Source of the DNA: Verrucomicrobiia bacterium
GTDB lineage: Bacteria; Verrucomicrobiota; Verrucomicrobiia; Limisphaerales; UBA11358
Assembly (NCBI GenBank): GCA_035776755.1
Contig: DASTWS010000014.1
Location: 2,405-66,404 of the forward strand
Reading direction: 5' to 3'
Length of the DNA: 64,000 nt
The position numbers and the translations under genes were made by a program. A model generated the notes under the pieces. It saw only the letters and a program-made list of their open reading frames with translations, was not told where the DNA came from and ran no database searches. Positions 53,840-62,988 of the stretch are shown here, in pieces; positions within the stretch are counted from its first letter, which is position 1, and the number at the start of each line of letters is the position of its first letter.

Positions 53840-53871
53840 GATTCGGGAAAATTGAATTATCATGGAACTGG

Positions 53872-54255
53872 TTTTGGAAGGGCGGAGAATCGCTTTGATG
53901 CAAATCGAAGAGGAAAGTCCGAACACCACAGAGCGCGATGCCGCGTAACCCCGGATTTCCGGGGATACACGCGGGCGGAATGAAAATTCCGACGGAAAGT
54001 GCCACAGAAAACAGACAGCCTAAGGCGCAAGCCGGCGGTGATGGTGAAAAGGTGCGGTAAGAGCGCACCGCGCGAAGCGCAAGCGACGCGGCATGGAAAA
54101 CCCCATCGGGTGCAAGGCCAAATAGGAAACCGAGGAGCGGCTCGTTCCGCGTCCGTGAAACACCGGACAGGTTTCGGGTATCGGCTGCCCAGACAAATGA
54201 TTCTCTCCGTCGCGCAAGCGGCGCAGACAGAATTCGGCTTACAGCCCTTCCAAAA
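53872..54255 (+). ncRNA. rnpB: RNase P RNA, bacterial type A
   Basis: P1 pairing is TTTTGGAAGGGC...GCCCTTCCAAAA. Conserved blocks present: GAGGAAAGTCCG, ACAGAAAACA, GGTGAAAAGGTGCGGTAAGAGCGCACC, GCAAGGCCAAATAGG, ACAGAATTCGGCTTACAG. Confidence 0.93.
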
Positions 54256-55197
54256 CTATTTGATTTTCCTATCTCCGGGCCATTCCAAAATCTTCCCGGC
54301 GATCAATTCCGCCTTGTCGTCTGACTTCAATTCAATCCATTGAATATTTTTCTGCGCGCGAAACCATGTCAATTGCCGCTTCGCAAATTGCCGGGTTTTG
54401 ATTTTTATCAATTCAATCGTTTCCGCCAACGACCGTTCGCCGCGCAAATGTTCAACCACTTGCCGGTAACCGATCGCCTGCATCGCCGTTTTATTTTCCG
54501 GCAATCCACTTTTCAGCAATCGCTCTGTCTCCGCCACCAGACCGCGCCGGAACATTTCGTCCACGCGAACATTGATCCGTGCGTGCAAATCCTTTTGTTC
54601 CCGCGTGAACACAAAAACTTTGTTTTCTTGATCAGTCCCCGGCTTTTCTTCCTTCCAATTCGCCTTCTGCTCCGAAAATTTTTTGCCGGTCAATCGAATC
54701 ACTTCCAACGCCCGGATCACGCGCCGCGGATTTTGTTTATCAATTTTTTCGTGAGCTGCCGGATCCTGTTCGCGCAATTCGCGCAATAATTCTTCAAACG
54801 GCAACAGTTCCAATTCCGTGCGCAATTTTTCGTCCGCCGCCGGCGCTTCGCCCAGACCGCTCAAATACGCTTTGAAATAAAGGCCGGTTCCGCCGCAAAA
54901 AATTGGCGTTCGATTTCCGGCTTGGATTTCCGCGACGGCTTTTTTTGCCAGCAAAATGAATTTCGCGGCGTCAAACGCTTCGTCCAAACCGCAAATATCA
55001 ATGAGATGATGCGGAACTTTTGCGCGTTCATCCGCCGAAGGTTTGGCCGTTCCAACGTCGAGCCCGCGATAAACCTGCATCGAATCCACGGAAATGATTT
55101 CGCCGCCGATTTTCTCGGCCAGCGCCATCGCGATTTCGGATTTTCCGACCGCCGTCGGCCCGGCGATGAGGACGGGTTGAACGTTGGACGTTTCCAT
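54256..55197 (-). CDS. miaA: tRNA dimethylallyltransferase
   Basis: The ORF track extends to 55314. ATG 55195-55197 (METSNVQPVLIAGPTAVGKSEIAMALAEKIGGEIISVDSMQVYRGLDVGTAKP) gives the canonical P-loop N-terminus and sits directly after the lgt stop. Confidence 0.9.
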   Translation of the reverse strand: METSNVQPVLIAGPTAVGKSEIAMALAEKIGGEIISVDSMQVYRGLDVGTAKPSADERAKVPHHLIDICGLDEAFDAAKFILLAKKAVAEIQAGNRTPIFCGGTGLYFKAYLSGLGEAPAADEKLRTELELLPFEELLRELREQDPAAHEKIDKQNPRRVIRALEVIRLTGKKFSEQKANWKEEKPGTDQENKVFVFTREQKDLHARINVRVDEMFRRGLVAETERLLKSGLPENKTAMQAIGYRQVVEHLRGERSLAETIELIKIKTRQFAKRQLTWFRAQKNIQWIELKSDDKAELIAGKILEWPGDRKIK

Positions 55198-55198
55198 T

Positions 55199-56005
55199 TT
55201 AACTTTGCCTGGAGCCAACCGCTTTCGGCAATTCCCGGCGCGACAAAAATACAGCCAGCGCAAGTCCGGTGATGAAAATCGGCACGCTGATCCATTGCGC
55301 CGGCGTGAGGCCAAAATGATAATGCAAATTCGAATAGTCGCCGCGGAAGTATTCCACGATCGAACGCGTCACCGCGTAACAAAGCAAATAGGTCGCAAAC
55401 ACCTGGCCGTCGAATTTCTTCCGGCGAAAAAGCCAGGCCAGAAAAATGTAAAGCCCCAGATTCAGGGCGCCGTCATAAATCTCAGTCGGGTGCAACGGCG
55501 TGAACAACGGCGTTCCAGAGAGTTCATGCGCCTGTGGATTGGTGAAGGTGATCGCCCACGGAACATTGGTCGGGCGTCCGTAGCAACAACCATTGAGCAA
55601 ACAACCGGCGCGGCCAAAAACGCTGCCCAGCGCGATGCTCGGTGCGAGAACGTCCGCCGTTTTCCACAACGGCAATTTTTTCCAGAAAATATAAATCGCG
55701 CCGGCGACAATCGCCCCGATCAATCCGCCGTAATAAACAAGCCCGCCGTGCTGGATCATAAAAATTTCCGTCCACGGCTGCCCGGCAAATTCCTCCTTCC
55801 AATACGTCGTCACATAAACAAATCGCGCGCCCAGAATCGCGCCGACCATCAGCCAGAGCGTGACGTCGGCAATTTTTTCTCCCGAAATCTTTTCGCGTTT
55901 TGCGCGGAGGGTCGCGGTCCAAAGACCGAACAAAAATGCCAGCGCGACCATGATTCCGTAGGAATGAATCGCAAATGACCCAATGTGAAATGCTATCGGA
56001 TGCAC
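55199..56005 (-). CDS. lgt: Prolipoprotein diacylglyceryl transferase
   Basis: 268 aa, polytopic. It contains HPIAFHIGSFAIHSYGIMVALAFLFG, GRAGCLLNGCCYGRPT and HPTEIYD, the Lgt signature. Confidence 0.9.
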   Translation of the reverse strand: MHPIAFHIGSFAIHSYGIMVALAFLFGLWTATLRAKREKISGEKIADVTLWLMVGAILGARFVYVTTYWKEEFAGQPWTEIFMIQHGGLVYYGGLIGAIVAGAIYIFWKKLPLWKTADVLAPSIALGSVFGRAGCLLNGCCYGRPTNVPWAITFTNPQAHELSGTPLFTPLHPTEIYDGALNLGLYIFLAWLFRRKKFDGQVFATYLLCYAVTRSIVEYFRGDYSNLHYHFGLTPAQWISVPIFITGLALAVFLSRRELPKAVGSRQS

Positions 56006-56101
56006 GATTTATTTATGATTTATGATATTTGATTGACGATTTCGGCGCCAATTCGTTCAACAATCATCAATCGCAAATCATAAATCAAAAATAATCTGCA
56101 G

Positions 56102-57073
56102 TTAATTCAGATTGGTCGCCACGGCGGGATGCGGGTGAACTTTCGGCATTGCGGGCGGCATGATCGCGGCGGGCGGCAACGGCGGCCATTGCGGCACATG
56201 CTGCACCAAATCGCGCCATGCTTTTCGGTCGTCCGCCGACATCTGCGACCAGCGTTCGGCGTTCTTTAAAAATTGCGCGCGTTCGGCCGGATTCATTTGC
56301 GCGAATTTTGTGAATCCGTGGATGCATTGCAAACGCTGCGGCGGCGGCAATTTATCGAAAGCCGCGAGCGTTTTCTCCATTTGTTGCCGCTCGTCGTCGG
56401 ACAAAACCCCGAGCGTTTTTTGTTTTTCCACCGGCGTCAGTTCAAAAAATTGATTGAATTGCGCCGAAATCCGTTTGCGATCCGCGTCGGAAAGTGAATT
56501 CCATCGCGCCTGCTCGTCATCGCTCGGCTGATGGCGAAAACCGCCGGATGCAAAATTGTTTGTCACTTCAAGCCGCGAGAAATAGCGCAACGCTCGTTCA
56601 TTCTCCAAAAATTCGTCTTGCAACGATGGCGGCAGGATTTCCCATTGAATCAGACGCGATTTAACGATTGGGCGGATATCGTCCGGCACGAGCGCCAGTT
56701 GCGCCTCGCGATTCGTCGGCGAGGCGCGCAGCAATGGCATCAAATACCAGCGCAATTCCGTCGCGCGCAAACGCAATTCGCGCTCGGACGGGTCGAGCAA
56801 TTCATATTCATTGATTTTCGCTTCAAGCCGCGCGCGGATTTCCGGCGATTTGTTGGTCAAAAAATTTTGGCGTTGTTCCGGCGTCATCGCCAGCAGATCG
56901 CGGAAGAATTTCACGGGCGATTGCAATTGCGGCAGCGGCGGAAAATTGGTGGAGACGACCGGATTTCGCCCGTGTGAAATGCCGTTAAAATTTTGCGCCG
57001 CCAGCGGCAGCACAAAAAGTTGCGCCGCCAGGACGATCAGGAGGAAATCGGCTTGCTGCGAGCGGTTCATCAT
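56102..57073 (-). CDS. Secreted helical-repeat protein (DUF3106-like)
   Basis: Signal peptide, then repeated 'x-x-R-x-x-F...W..ls..eR' helical units (PEQRQNFLTN, DADRKRISAQFNQFFELTPVEKQK, NPAERAQFLKNAERWSQMSADDRKAWRDL). Confidence 0.5.
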   Translation of the reverse strand: MMNRSQQADFLLIVLAAQLFVLPLAAQNFNGISHGRNPVVSTNFPPLPQLQSPVKFFRDLLAMTPEQRQNFLTNKSPEIRARLEAKINEYELLDPSERELRLRATELRWYLMPLLRASPTNREAQLALVPDDIRPIVKSRLIQWEILPPSLQDEFLENERALRYFSRLEVTNNFASGGFRHQPSDDEQARWNSLSDADRKRISAQFNQFFELTPVEKQKTLGVLSDDERQQMEKTLAAFDKLPPPQRLQCIHGFTKFAQMNPAERAQFLKNAERWSQMSADDRKAWRDLVQHVPQWPPLPPAAIMPPAMPKVHPHPAVATNLN

Positions 57074-57450
57074 TTCATTTCCGGCGCAAGCGCCAGCAAT
57101 TCTTCATCCGCGTGCGGCTGGCTCATGCGCGCGATGGCGTCGAAATTTTTCAAGGCATCCACGCTCGGCACTTGTGACGATGTGACCATCGCGACGCTCT
57201 GGGCAAGTTCGTTCCGGCGCGCATCCAACTGATATTCGCGAAATGCCAGCGAACCGCAAACGACCACGGCCGCCGTCGCCGCCGCAAGGCGCGGCAACAG
57301 CCGCCGCCAGTTGAAAAAAGATTTTCGTTGCACTTGCGATTCCTCAAGGTCAATCGCTTGCATCACGCGCGAGGTAAAATTGGACGGCACCGGCGCGTCC
57401 GGCAATCGCGAGAGCAATTCACGTATTTCGTTTTGCAATTTATCTTTCAT
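57070..57450 (-). CDS. Small single-pass membrane protein (anti-sigma-like architecture)
   Basis: The ORF track gives 57070..57738. The N-terminal 96 codons would overlap hemE and read as non-coding. ATG 57448-57450 gives MKDKLQNEIRELLSRLPDAPVPSNFTSRVMQAI... with one TM (LLPRLAAATAAVVVCGSLAF). There is a 4-nt overlap with the downstream DUF3106-like gene. Confidence 0.45.
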   Translation of the reverse strand: MKDKLQNEIRELLSRLPDAPVPSNFTSRVMQAIDLEESQVQRKSFFNWRRLLPRLAAATAAVVVCGSLAFREYQLDARRNELAQSVAMVTSSQVPSVDALKNFDAIARMSQPHADEELLALAPEMK

Positions 57451-57513
57451 CGCTCTGGAAATTGAAAACCGCGGCGCGGACAAAGTTGCGGTAAAAAATG
57501 CATTAGCCAAAAA

Positions 57514-58641
57514 ATGTTCCTCGATGAACAATTTTTGCAAAGCTGTCCAAATCAAACAATTTATGCTATTCAATACCAGTTGAACACGACCACTGAAACA
57601 ACCGTCACTGCGCCGACAACCAATCGCGAACGTTTTCTCGCCGCTGCAAATTGCCGCGCCGTGGATCGTCCGCCGGTCTGGCTCATGCGCCAGGCCGGCC
57701 GCGCGTTGCCGGAATATCGCAAACTGAAAGCCGATCACGATTTCCTCAAACTCGTCCGCACGCCGGAATTGGCGGCGGAAGTCACGCTTCAGCCGGTGCG
57801 CCGCTTCGATTTCGACGGCGCGATTTTGTTCAGCGATATTTTGGTCGTGGCGGAAGGACTCGGCCAGGGCTACAGATTCCGCGACGGCGGCGGCATCGCC
57901 ATGAATTTCCGTCTCGAAAATGCGGCGGACATCAAAAAACTGGACGCGACGGCGATTCCCGAGAAATTGAATTACATTCCGCAGGCGTTGCGACTCATCA
58001 AGAATGAGCTGGCCGGAAAAACGGCGCTGCTCGGATTTGCCGGTTCACCGTGGACGATTGCCAATTTCATGCTCGAAGGCGGCAGCGCCAAAGAATTCGT
58101 CCAGGCGAAAAATTTATTTCACACGCAGCCGGAGGTTTTTTCGTTGCTGATGGAGAAATTGACCGTCGCCGTGACAAGATTGTTGCAGATGCAAATCATG
58201 GCCGGCGCGGAAGTGGTGCAGATTTTCGACAGCCTCGGCGGATTGCTTTCGCAAGGCGAATTTGCCGAAGCTTCGGCCAAATGGATCCGGCGAATCGTTT
58301 CGGAATTGAACAGCGCCGTTCCGGTGATTGTCTTTGCCAAGGACATCCACGGGAATTGGAATGATTTGATCGCCACCGGCGCAAATATTTTAGGAATTGA
58401 TTCCGGATTGCGGCTGGCCGATGTCCGAAAATTATTGCCGCCGGAAATCGCCGTCCAAGGCAACCTTGATCCGTTTTTGCTTTTAACCACGCCGGACAAA
58501 GTCGCGGCGGAAACAAACCGCATCTTGACCGAAATGCGCGGCGCGCGCGGCCACATTTTCAATCTCGGCCATGGCGTGCCGCCGGATGCGAAACTGGAAA
58601 ACATTGCCGCGCTGGTCGAAACCGTAAAAAAATTCAAATGA
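57514..58641 (+). CDS. hemE: Uroporphyrinogen decarboxylase
   Basis: RERFLAAANCRAVDRPPVWLMRQAGRALPEYR, VTLQPVRRFDFDGAILFSDILVV and IFNLGHGVPP. The start is uncertain: ATG 57514 or in-frame TTG 57580 closer to the conserved N-terminus. Confidence 0.9.
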   Translation: MFLDEQFLQSCPNQTIYAIQYQLNTTTETTVTAPTTNRERFLAAANCRAVDRPPVWLMRQAGRALPEYRKLKADHDFLKLVRTPELAAEVTLQPVRRFDFDGAILFSDILVVAEGLGQGYRFRDGGGIAMNFRLENAADIKKLDATAIPEKLNYIPQALRLIKNELAGKTALLGFAGSPWTIANFMLEGGSAKEFVQAKNLFHTQPEVFSLLMEKLTVAVTRLLQMQIMAGAEVVQIFDSLGGLLSQGEFAEASAKWIRRIVSELNSAVPVIVFAKDIHGNWNDLIATGANILGIDSGLRLADVRKLLPPEIAVQGNLDPFLLLTTPDKVAAETNRILTEMRGARGHIFNLGHGVPPDAKLENIAALVETVKKFK

Positions 58642-58719
58642 AGATTATTTTCGCAGTAATGAACGTGAGTTCGCTCATTAAACAGAGCCGGCTTACGCCG
58701 GCTGCTATAATTTCCTGAA

Positions 58720-60096
58720 ATGAGCAAGTTAAACGTCAATCTGGACCTGGTGGAAAAATATAACGTGGCCGGGCCGCGTTATACGAGTTATCCGCCGGCG
58801 ACGAAATTCACCGACAAAATTGAATGGTCGCAACTGTCGGACAAAATTTCCGCAAACAATCAATCGGGCCGCGACCTTTCGCTTTATTTCCATATTCCAT
58901 TTTGCGAAACGCTTTGCTGGTTCTGCGGTTGCACGACCGTCATCACGCTCAACCATGCGCTCGGAAAAATCTATTTGGATCATATCGAACGCGAAGTCGC
59001 GCAGGTCGCGGCAAAATTAAATCCGAAACGCAAAGTCGTGCAATTGCATTGGGGCGGCGGATCGCCGACGTTTCTTGGGCCGGATGAGATCCGCCGGCTC
59101 GGCGACATCATCAAAAAACATTTCACCTTTTCCGATGACGTCGAAGCGGGCGTGGAGATTGATCCGCGCCGCCTTTCACGCGAGCACATCGAAGCATTGA
59201 CGGAAGTCGGATTCAACCGCGCTTCGCTCGGCGTCCAGGATTTTGAGCCGAAAGTGCAGGAAGCGATTCACCGGATTCAACCGCGCGAAATGACGCAGCG
59301 CGTTCTGGACTGGGCGCGCGAATTGGGTTTCGGCTCGGTCAATTTCGATTTGATTTACGGATTGCCGCATCAAACCGCGGATTCGTTCAATCGCACGCTG
59401 GACGCCGTCCTGGAAATGCAGCCGGACCGGCTGGCGGTTTTCAGTTACGCGCATGTGCCGTGGGTGAAGCCGGCGCAAAAAATTCTCGAACAAAAAATTT
59501 TGCCCGCGCCGGAAGTGAAATTGCAATTGCTCAAGAACGTCATCGAACGATTGACGGAAAACAATCGCTACACCTACATCGGCATGGACCATTTCGCCAA
59601 AGAGACCGATGAACTGGTCATCGCCCAGCGCAACAAAACGTTGCAGCGGAATTTCCAGGGTTACAGCACGCGCGGCAATGCGGACATCTATGCGTTCGGC
59701 ATGAGCGCGATTTCGCAAATTCCCGAGGCATATTGGCAGAATGAAAAAGAATTGCCGAAATACTATGCCGCGCTCGACGAGAAGAAATTGCCGCTCGCGC
59801 GCGCCTATTTTGTGACGGACGAAGATAAAATCCGCCGTGAAACCATCATGCGCGTGATGTGCGATTTTTCGGTGGAATACGCGGCGATGTCGAAAAACCT
59901 CGGCATTGATTTCACCGGATATTTTGCCAATGAAATCGCGTCGCTGAAACCGTTTGCGGATGATGGCCTGGTGAATTTCTCGGACGGCGGCTTTGAAGTG
60001 ACAAATTCCGGACGATTGTTCATCCGGAATATCGCGATGTGTTTTGACAATACGCTTGCGCCCGAAGCCGGGCGCAAGCATTCGAGAACGATTTGA
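58720..60096 (+). CDS. hemN: Oxygen-independent coproporphyrinogen III oxidase (radical SAM)
   Basis: KYNVAGPRYTSYPPATKF, radical-SAM cluster motif CETLCWFCGC, GGGSPTFL and the HemN C-terminal domain. Confidence 0.9.
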   Translation: MSKLNVNLDLVEKYNVAGPRYTSYPPATKFTDKIEWSQLSDKISANNQSGRDLSLYFHIPFCETLCWFCGCTTVITLNHALGKIYLDHIEREVAQVAAKLNPKRKVVQLHWGGGSPTFLGPDEIRRLGDIIKKHFTFSDDVEAGVEIDPRRLSREHIEALTEVGFNRASLGVQDFEPKVQEAIHRIQPREMTQRVLDWARELGFGSVNFDLIYGLPHQTADSFNRTLDAVLEMQPDRLAVFSYAHVPWVKPAQKILEQKILPAPEVKLQLLKNVIERLTENNRYTYIGMDHFAKETDELVIAQRNKTLQRNFQGYSTRGNADIYAFGMSAISQIPEAYWQNEKELPKYYAALDEKKLPLARAYFVTDEDKIRRETIMRVMCDFSVEYAAMSKNLGIDFTGYFANEIASLKPFADDGLVNFSDGGFEVTNSGRLFIRNIAMCFDNTLAPEAGRKHSRTI

Positions 60097-60099
60097 CAG

Positions 60100-60765
60100 T
60101 TACTGCGAATTCACCTGGTTCTGCATGTTTTCCGCCATGCGTAAATGTTCCCGCAACGTCGGCAGGCATTGTTGCGCGTAGGTTTTCAATTTTTGGTCCG
60201 ACAACGATTGCGAAGCAACCTGGAATTTTTGAACGTCCTGCTGATGATCGTGCACCATTTCGTTCGCATAAGCCCGGTCGAAATCTGAGCCGGACAAATT
60301 TTCCAGTTCCGCCACGTCTTTCGGTTGGCCGTTGGTTTCGGACATAGGCATCATGGTCAGCGCTTCCGCTCCGGATGGCGGCGCGCCTTTGTAATTGGCC
60401 AAGCCGGTATTGTTCGTATAAGGCCAGCCGGCCTCGGCAAAATAATTGGTGTCCGGCAGGTTGTAACCTTCCTCGTTCGCGATGGCGACCAGTTTCGTTT
60501 CCGCCTGCGAATGATCCCGGATCATCTGGTGCGCGAAATGTTTCACCGCCGGATTGGATGATTTCTGCAACGCCAATTGCGCCAGGCTCACTTCTTCGCG
60601 ATTTCCTTTGTTCGCCTCCTGCGCAAATTTTTGCGCCGTCAGGGACGAATGCGATTGGGTTTGATTTGGATATTGGTTTTGGCGGCTCATGCCCGCATCG
60701 GCCAGCGCAGCCATTGCCATGACGGATAACCCCGCCGTCAACATCACTGTCAGTTTTGTTTTCAT
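60100..60765 (-). CDS. Secreted DUF4142-like protein
   Basis: Signal peptide MKTKLTVMLTAGLSVMAMAALA. Motifs are FAQEANKGNREEVSLAQLALQKSSNPAVKHFAHQMIRDHSQA and FDRAYANEMVHDHQQDVQKF, the two-helix-pair DUF4142 pattern. Confidence 0.7.
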   Translation of the reverse strand: MKTKLTVMLTAGLSVMAMAALADAGMSRQNQYPNQTQSHSSLTAQKFAQEANKGNREEVSLAQLALQKSSNPAVKHFAHQMIRDHSQAETKLVAIANEEGYNLPDTNYFAEAGWPYTNNTGLANYKGAPPSGAEALTMMPMSETNGQPKDVAELENLSGSDFDRAYANEMVHDHQQDVQKFQVASQSLSDQKLKTYAQQCLPTLREHLRMAENMQNQVNSQ

Positions 60766-60943
60766 AATTACTCCTTGTTAATTCCTTTCAGCCGAAACTG
60801 TGCCAGCGATAAAAAAATTTTGATTTCGCTGCCGGAAAAGATTTTCCAGCCTGGCGCAAATGCGAAATGCAAAACCGGCGGGCACAGCCATTGCGACTTG
60901 CAGATTTCTCGACCGTCCGCGCCGTTTAAATTAACCTGTCGCG

Positions 60944-62305
60944 ATGAAATCAGTCGCAGTCATCGGCGCGGGCATCACCGGATTGACCGCTGCGTTTTAC
61001 TTGAAACGCAACGGCGTTGCCGTCACGGTTTACGAAACAGCGGAGCGCGCCGGCGGCGTGATCCGTTCCGCGCGACAAAACGGATTCCTCGCCGAGTTCG
61101 GCCCGAACAGCATCCTGGAAACGTCCCCGAAAATTCCGCGATTGATTTCCGATCTGAAATTGGAATCCCGACGGCTTTACCCCAGCGCCGCCGCAAAAAA
61201 TCGCTATCTGGTTTGCCGCCAACAATTGGTCACGGTCCCGTCATCGCAAAAAGATTTTCTGACGACAAAATTGTTTTCCGCAAAATCGAAATTATCGCTG
61301 TTGCGCGAACCGTTTCTTCCCGCGCGCCGCGACGGCAAAGACGAAAGCGTGGCGGAATTTGTCCGCCGCCGATTGAACCAGGAATTTCTCGAACGTGCCG
61401 TGGACGCGCTCGTCGCCGGGATTTACGCGGGCGACGTGGAAAAACTTTCGGTGAAACAGGCATTTCCGAAATTGTTCGAAGTGGAACAAAAATTCGGCTC
61501 ATTGATCAAAGGCCAGCTTTTCGGTCCGGGCCAACGCAAAGAAGGCGAGGAGGTTTCGCGGCGCGATGCAAAAATGTTTTCGTTCGACGAAGGCTTGCAG
61601 GTTTTGACAGATAAATTGCGCGACGAATTGGACGATGCGATCCGCTTTGGCATTTCCATCGAAAAAATTTCCAAAACCGCAAACGGCTGGACAATTTCTT
61701 CAAGGGATTTTTCGGCCGAACATTCCGCCGCAATTTTTTGCGGAAACGCTTACACGCTGGCAAAAATGCAAATTGAATCGGCGCAAACCGTTTCAACCGC
61801 AATTTTTTCAGAGATCCGCTATGCGCCCGTCGCCAGCATTGTCCTGGGATTTCGCCGCGAAGATATCGCGCATCCATTGGACGGCTTCGGGATGCTCATC
61901 CCAAAAATCGAAGGACGCAAAATTTTGGGAACGATTTTCTCGTCGTCGCTGTTTCCCGATCGTGCGCCGCAAAATTTTGTCACACTCACGAGTTACGCCG
62001 GCGGCGAACGCCAGCCGGAATTGGCGTCGTTGGCCGGGGAAAGATTGCTGGAACTTGTCCTCGCCGACTTGCGCGAGTTGCTTGGCGTAAACGGCAAACC
62101 GCAATTCCAACACGTTGCATTTTTCCCGAAGGCGATCCCGCAATACAATGTCGGTTACGAAAAATTCAAATCGCGCCTGTCGGAAATTGAAGCGCAGGAG
62201 CCGGGACTTTTCTTTGCCGGCTGTTATCGCAACGGCGTTTCGCTGGGCGATTCCATTGTGTCCGGTCGAAATGTGGCGGATAACGTCCTGACTTTTCTGC
62301 GTTAG
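60944..62305 (+). CDS. hemY: Protoporphyrinogen/coproporphyrinogen oxidase, FAD-dependent (HemY type)
   Basis: N-terminal dinucleotide fold MKSVAVIGAGITGLTAAFYLKRNG...YETAERAGGVIRS. Length is 453 aa. C-terminal LFFAGCYRNGVSLGDSI is typical of HemY-type oxidases. Confidence 0.85.
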   Translation: MKSVAVIGAGITGLTAAFYLKRNGVAVTVYETAERAGGVIRSARQNGFLAEFGPNSILETSPKIPRLISDLKLESRRLYPSAAAKNRYLVCRQQLVTVPSSQKDFLTTKLFSAKSKLSLLREPFLPARRDGKDESVAEFVRRRLNQEFLERAVDALVAGIYAGDVEKLSVKQAFPKLFEVEQKFGSLIKGQLFGPGQRKEGEEVSRRDAKMFSFDEGLQVLTDKLRDELDDAIRFGISIEKISKTANGWTISSRDFSAEHSAAIFCGNAYTLAKMQIESAQTVSTAIFSEIRYAPVASIVLGFRREDIAHPLDGFGMLIPKIEGRKILGTIFSSSLFPDRAPQNFVTLTSYAGGERQPELASLAGERLLELVLADLRELLGVNGKPQFQHVAFFPKAIPQYNVGYEKFKSRLSEIEAQEPGLFFAGCYRNGVSLGDSIVSGRNVADNVLTFLR

Positions 62306-62914
62306 CTATTTTTTCTGCTTCTCGGGGATATCGGTGCTGGTCCAGGAAATGACCCAAAGAATTTTATGATATTTATTGTAAGCTTTGCCAACGAGCGGAC
62401 CGCTGGAGTAAACATGTTCGCGGCTTTTTTCGGCGTAAGCGAGCATCCGGATTTTCGCGATGGAATGTTGCGTGCCGGATTTTGCGAGCGCGATTTCAGG
62501 CAGCGCAATTCCGCCGGACAACGGCATTGGCATTTCGGTTTTTGGGATTCCGAAAATGGATTGCGAAGAATCGATCGAAAGGCCGCCGCTGCGCGGCTGC
62601 ACGATGATGTCGGCATTCGTGGCATCATCCACCATCAATGCGCCGGCGCTGCTCAACGCGTCGCGGATGTCGCCCATCATGTATTCGGAATCGTAGCTTT
62701 TAAAATAGGTGTCGTCCAGAAACACCTTTTTGTTCGCAGCAAAGCTGAAAACGTCGTTCGTCAACGCGCGATCCATGGCCGTGCTCAATAAAAGTTGTTC
62801 GGTGACCGAACGCGCCGGGTTGGTCATTTCACTCGTCGAACAACCCGTCAGCATCAATGCGATCAGCAACAAAAATGCGCCAAGCGTCACCATCCATTGT
62901 TCGATAGCATTCAT
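62306..62914 (-). CDS. Hypothetical lipoprotein
   Basis: Lipobox LLLIALMLTGCS. No family recognised. It is convergent with hemY with zero spacing. Confidence 0.5.
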   Translation of the reverse strand: MNAIEQWMVTLGAFLLLIALMLTGCSTSEMTNPARSVTEQLLLSTAMDRALTNDVFSFAANKKVFLDDTYFKSYDSEYMMGDIRDALSSAGALMVDDATNADIIVQPRSGGLSIDSSQSIFGIPKTEMPMPLSGGIALPEIALAKSGTQHSIAKIRMLAYAEKSREHVYSSGPLVGKAYNKYHKILWVISWTSTDIPEKQKK

Positions 62915-62988
62915 GGCCGCACTTTTGCAAATCTTGTGCCACGGCAGTTTCGGATTTCCGATTTTCGATTTCGGTCTTAGAATTTCGC

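Noticed and set aside
57451-57738. Upstream extension of the 222-aa ORF (57070..57738), read as a possible ECF-sigma remnant.
   Set aside because: The extension has no sigma-70 region 2/4 motifs, overlaps the hemE 5' end, and reads as non-coding. The credible protein starts at ATG 57450.
58642-58719. Hairpin AGCCGGC-TTAC-GCCGGCT between hemE and hemN, considered as a riboswitch or attenuator.
   Set aside because: It is a single 7-bp hairpin with no T-run and no recognisable riboswitch core. It is probably an incidental or weak processing structure within a hemE-hemN transcript.
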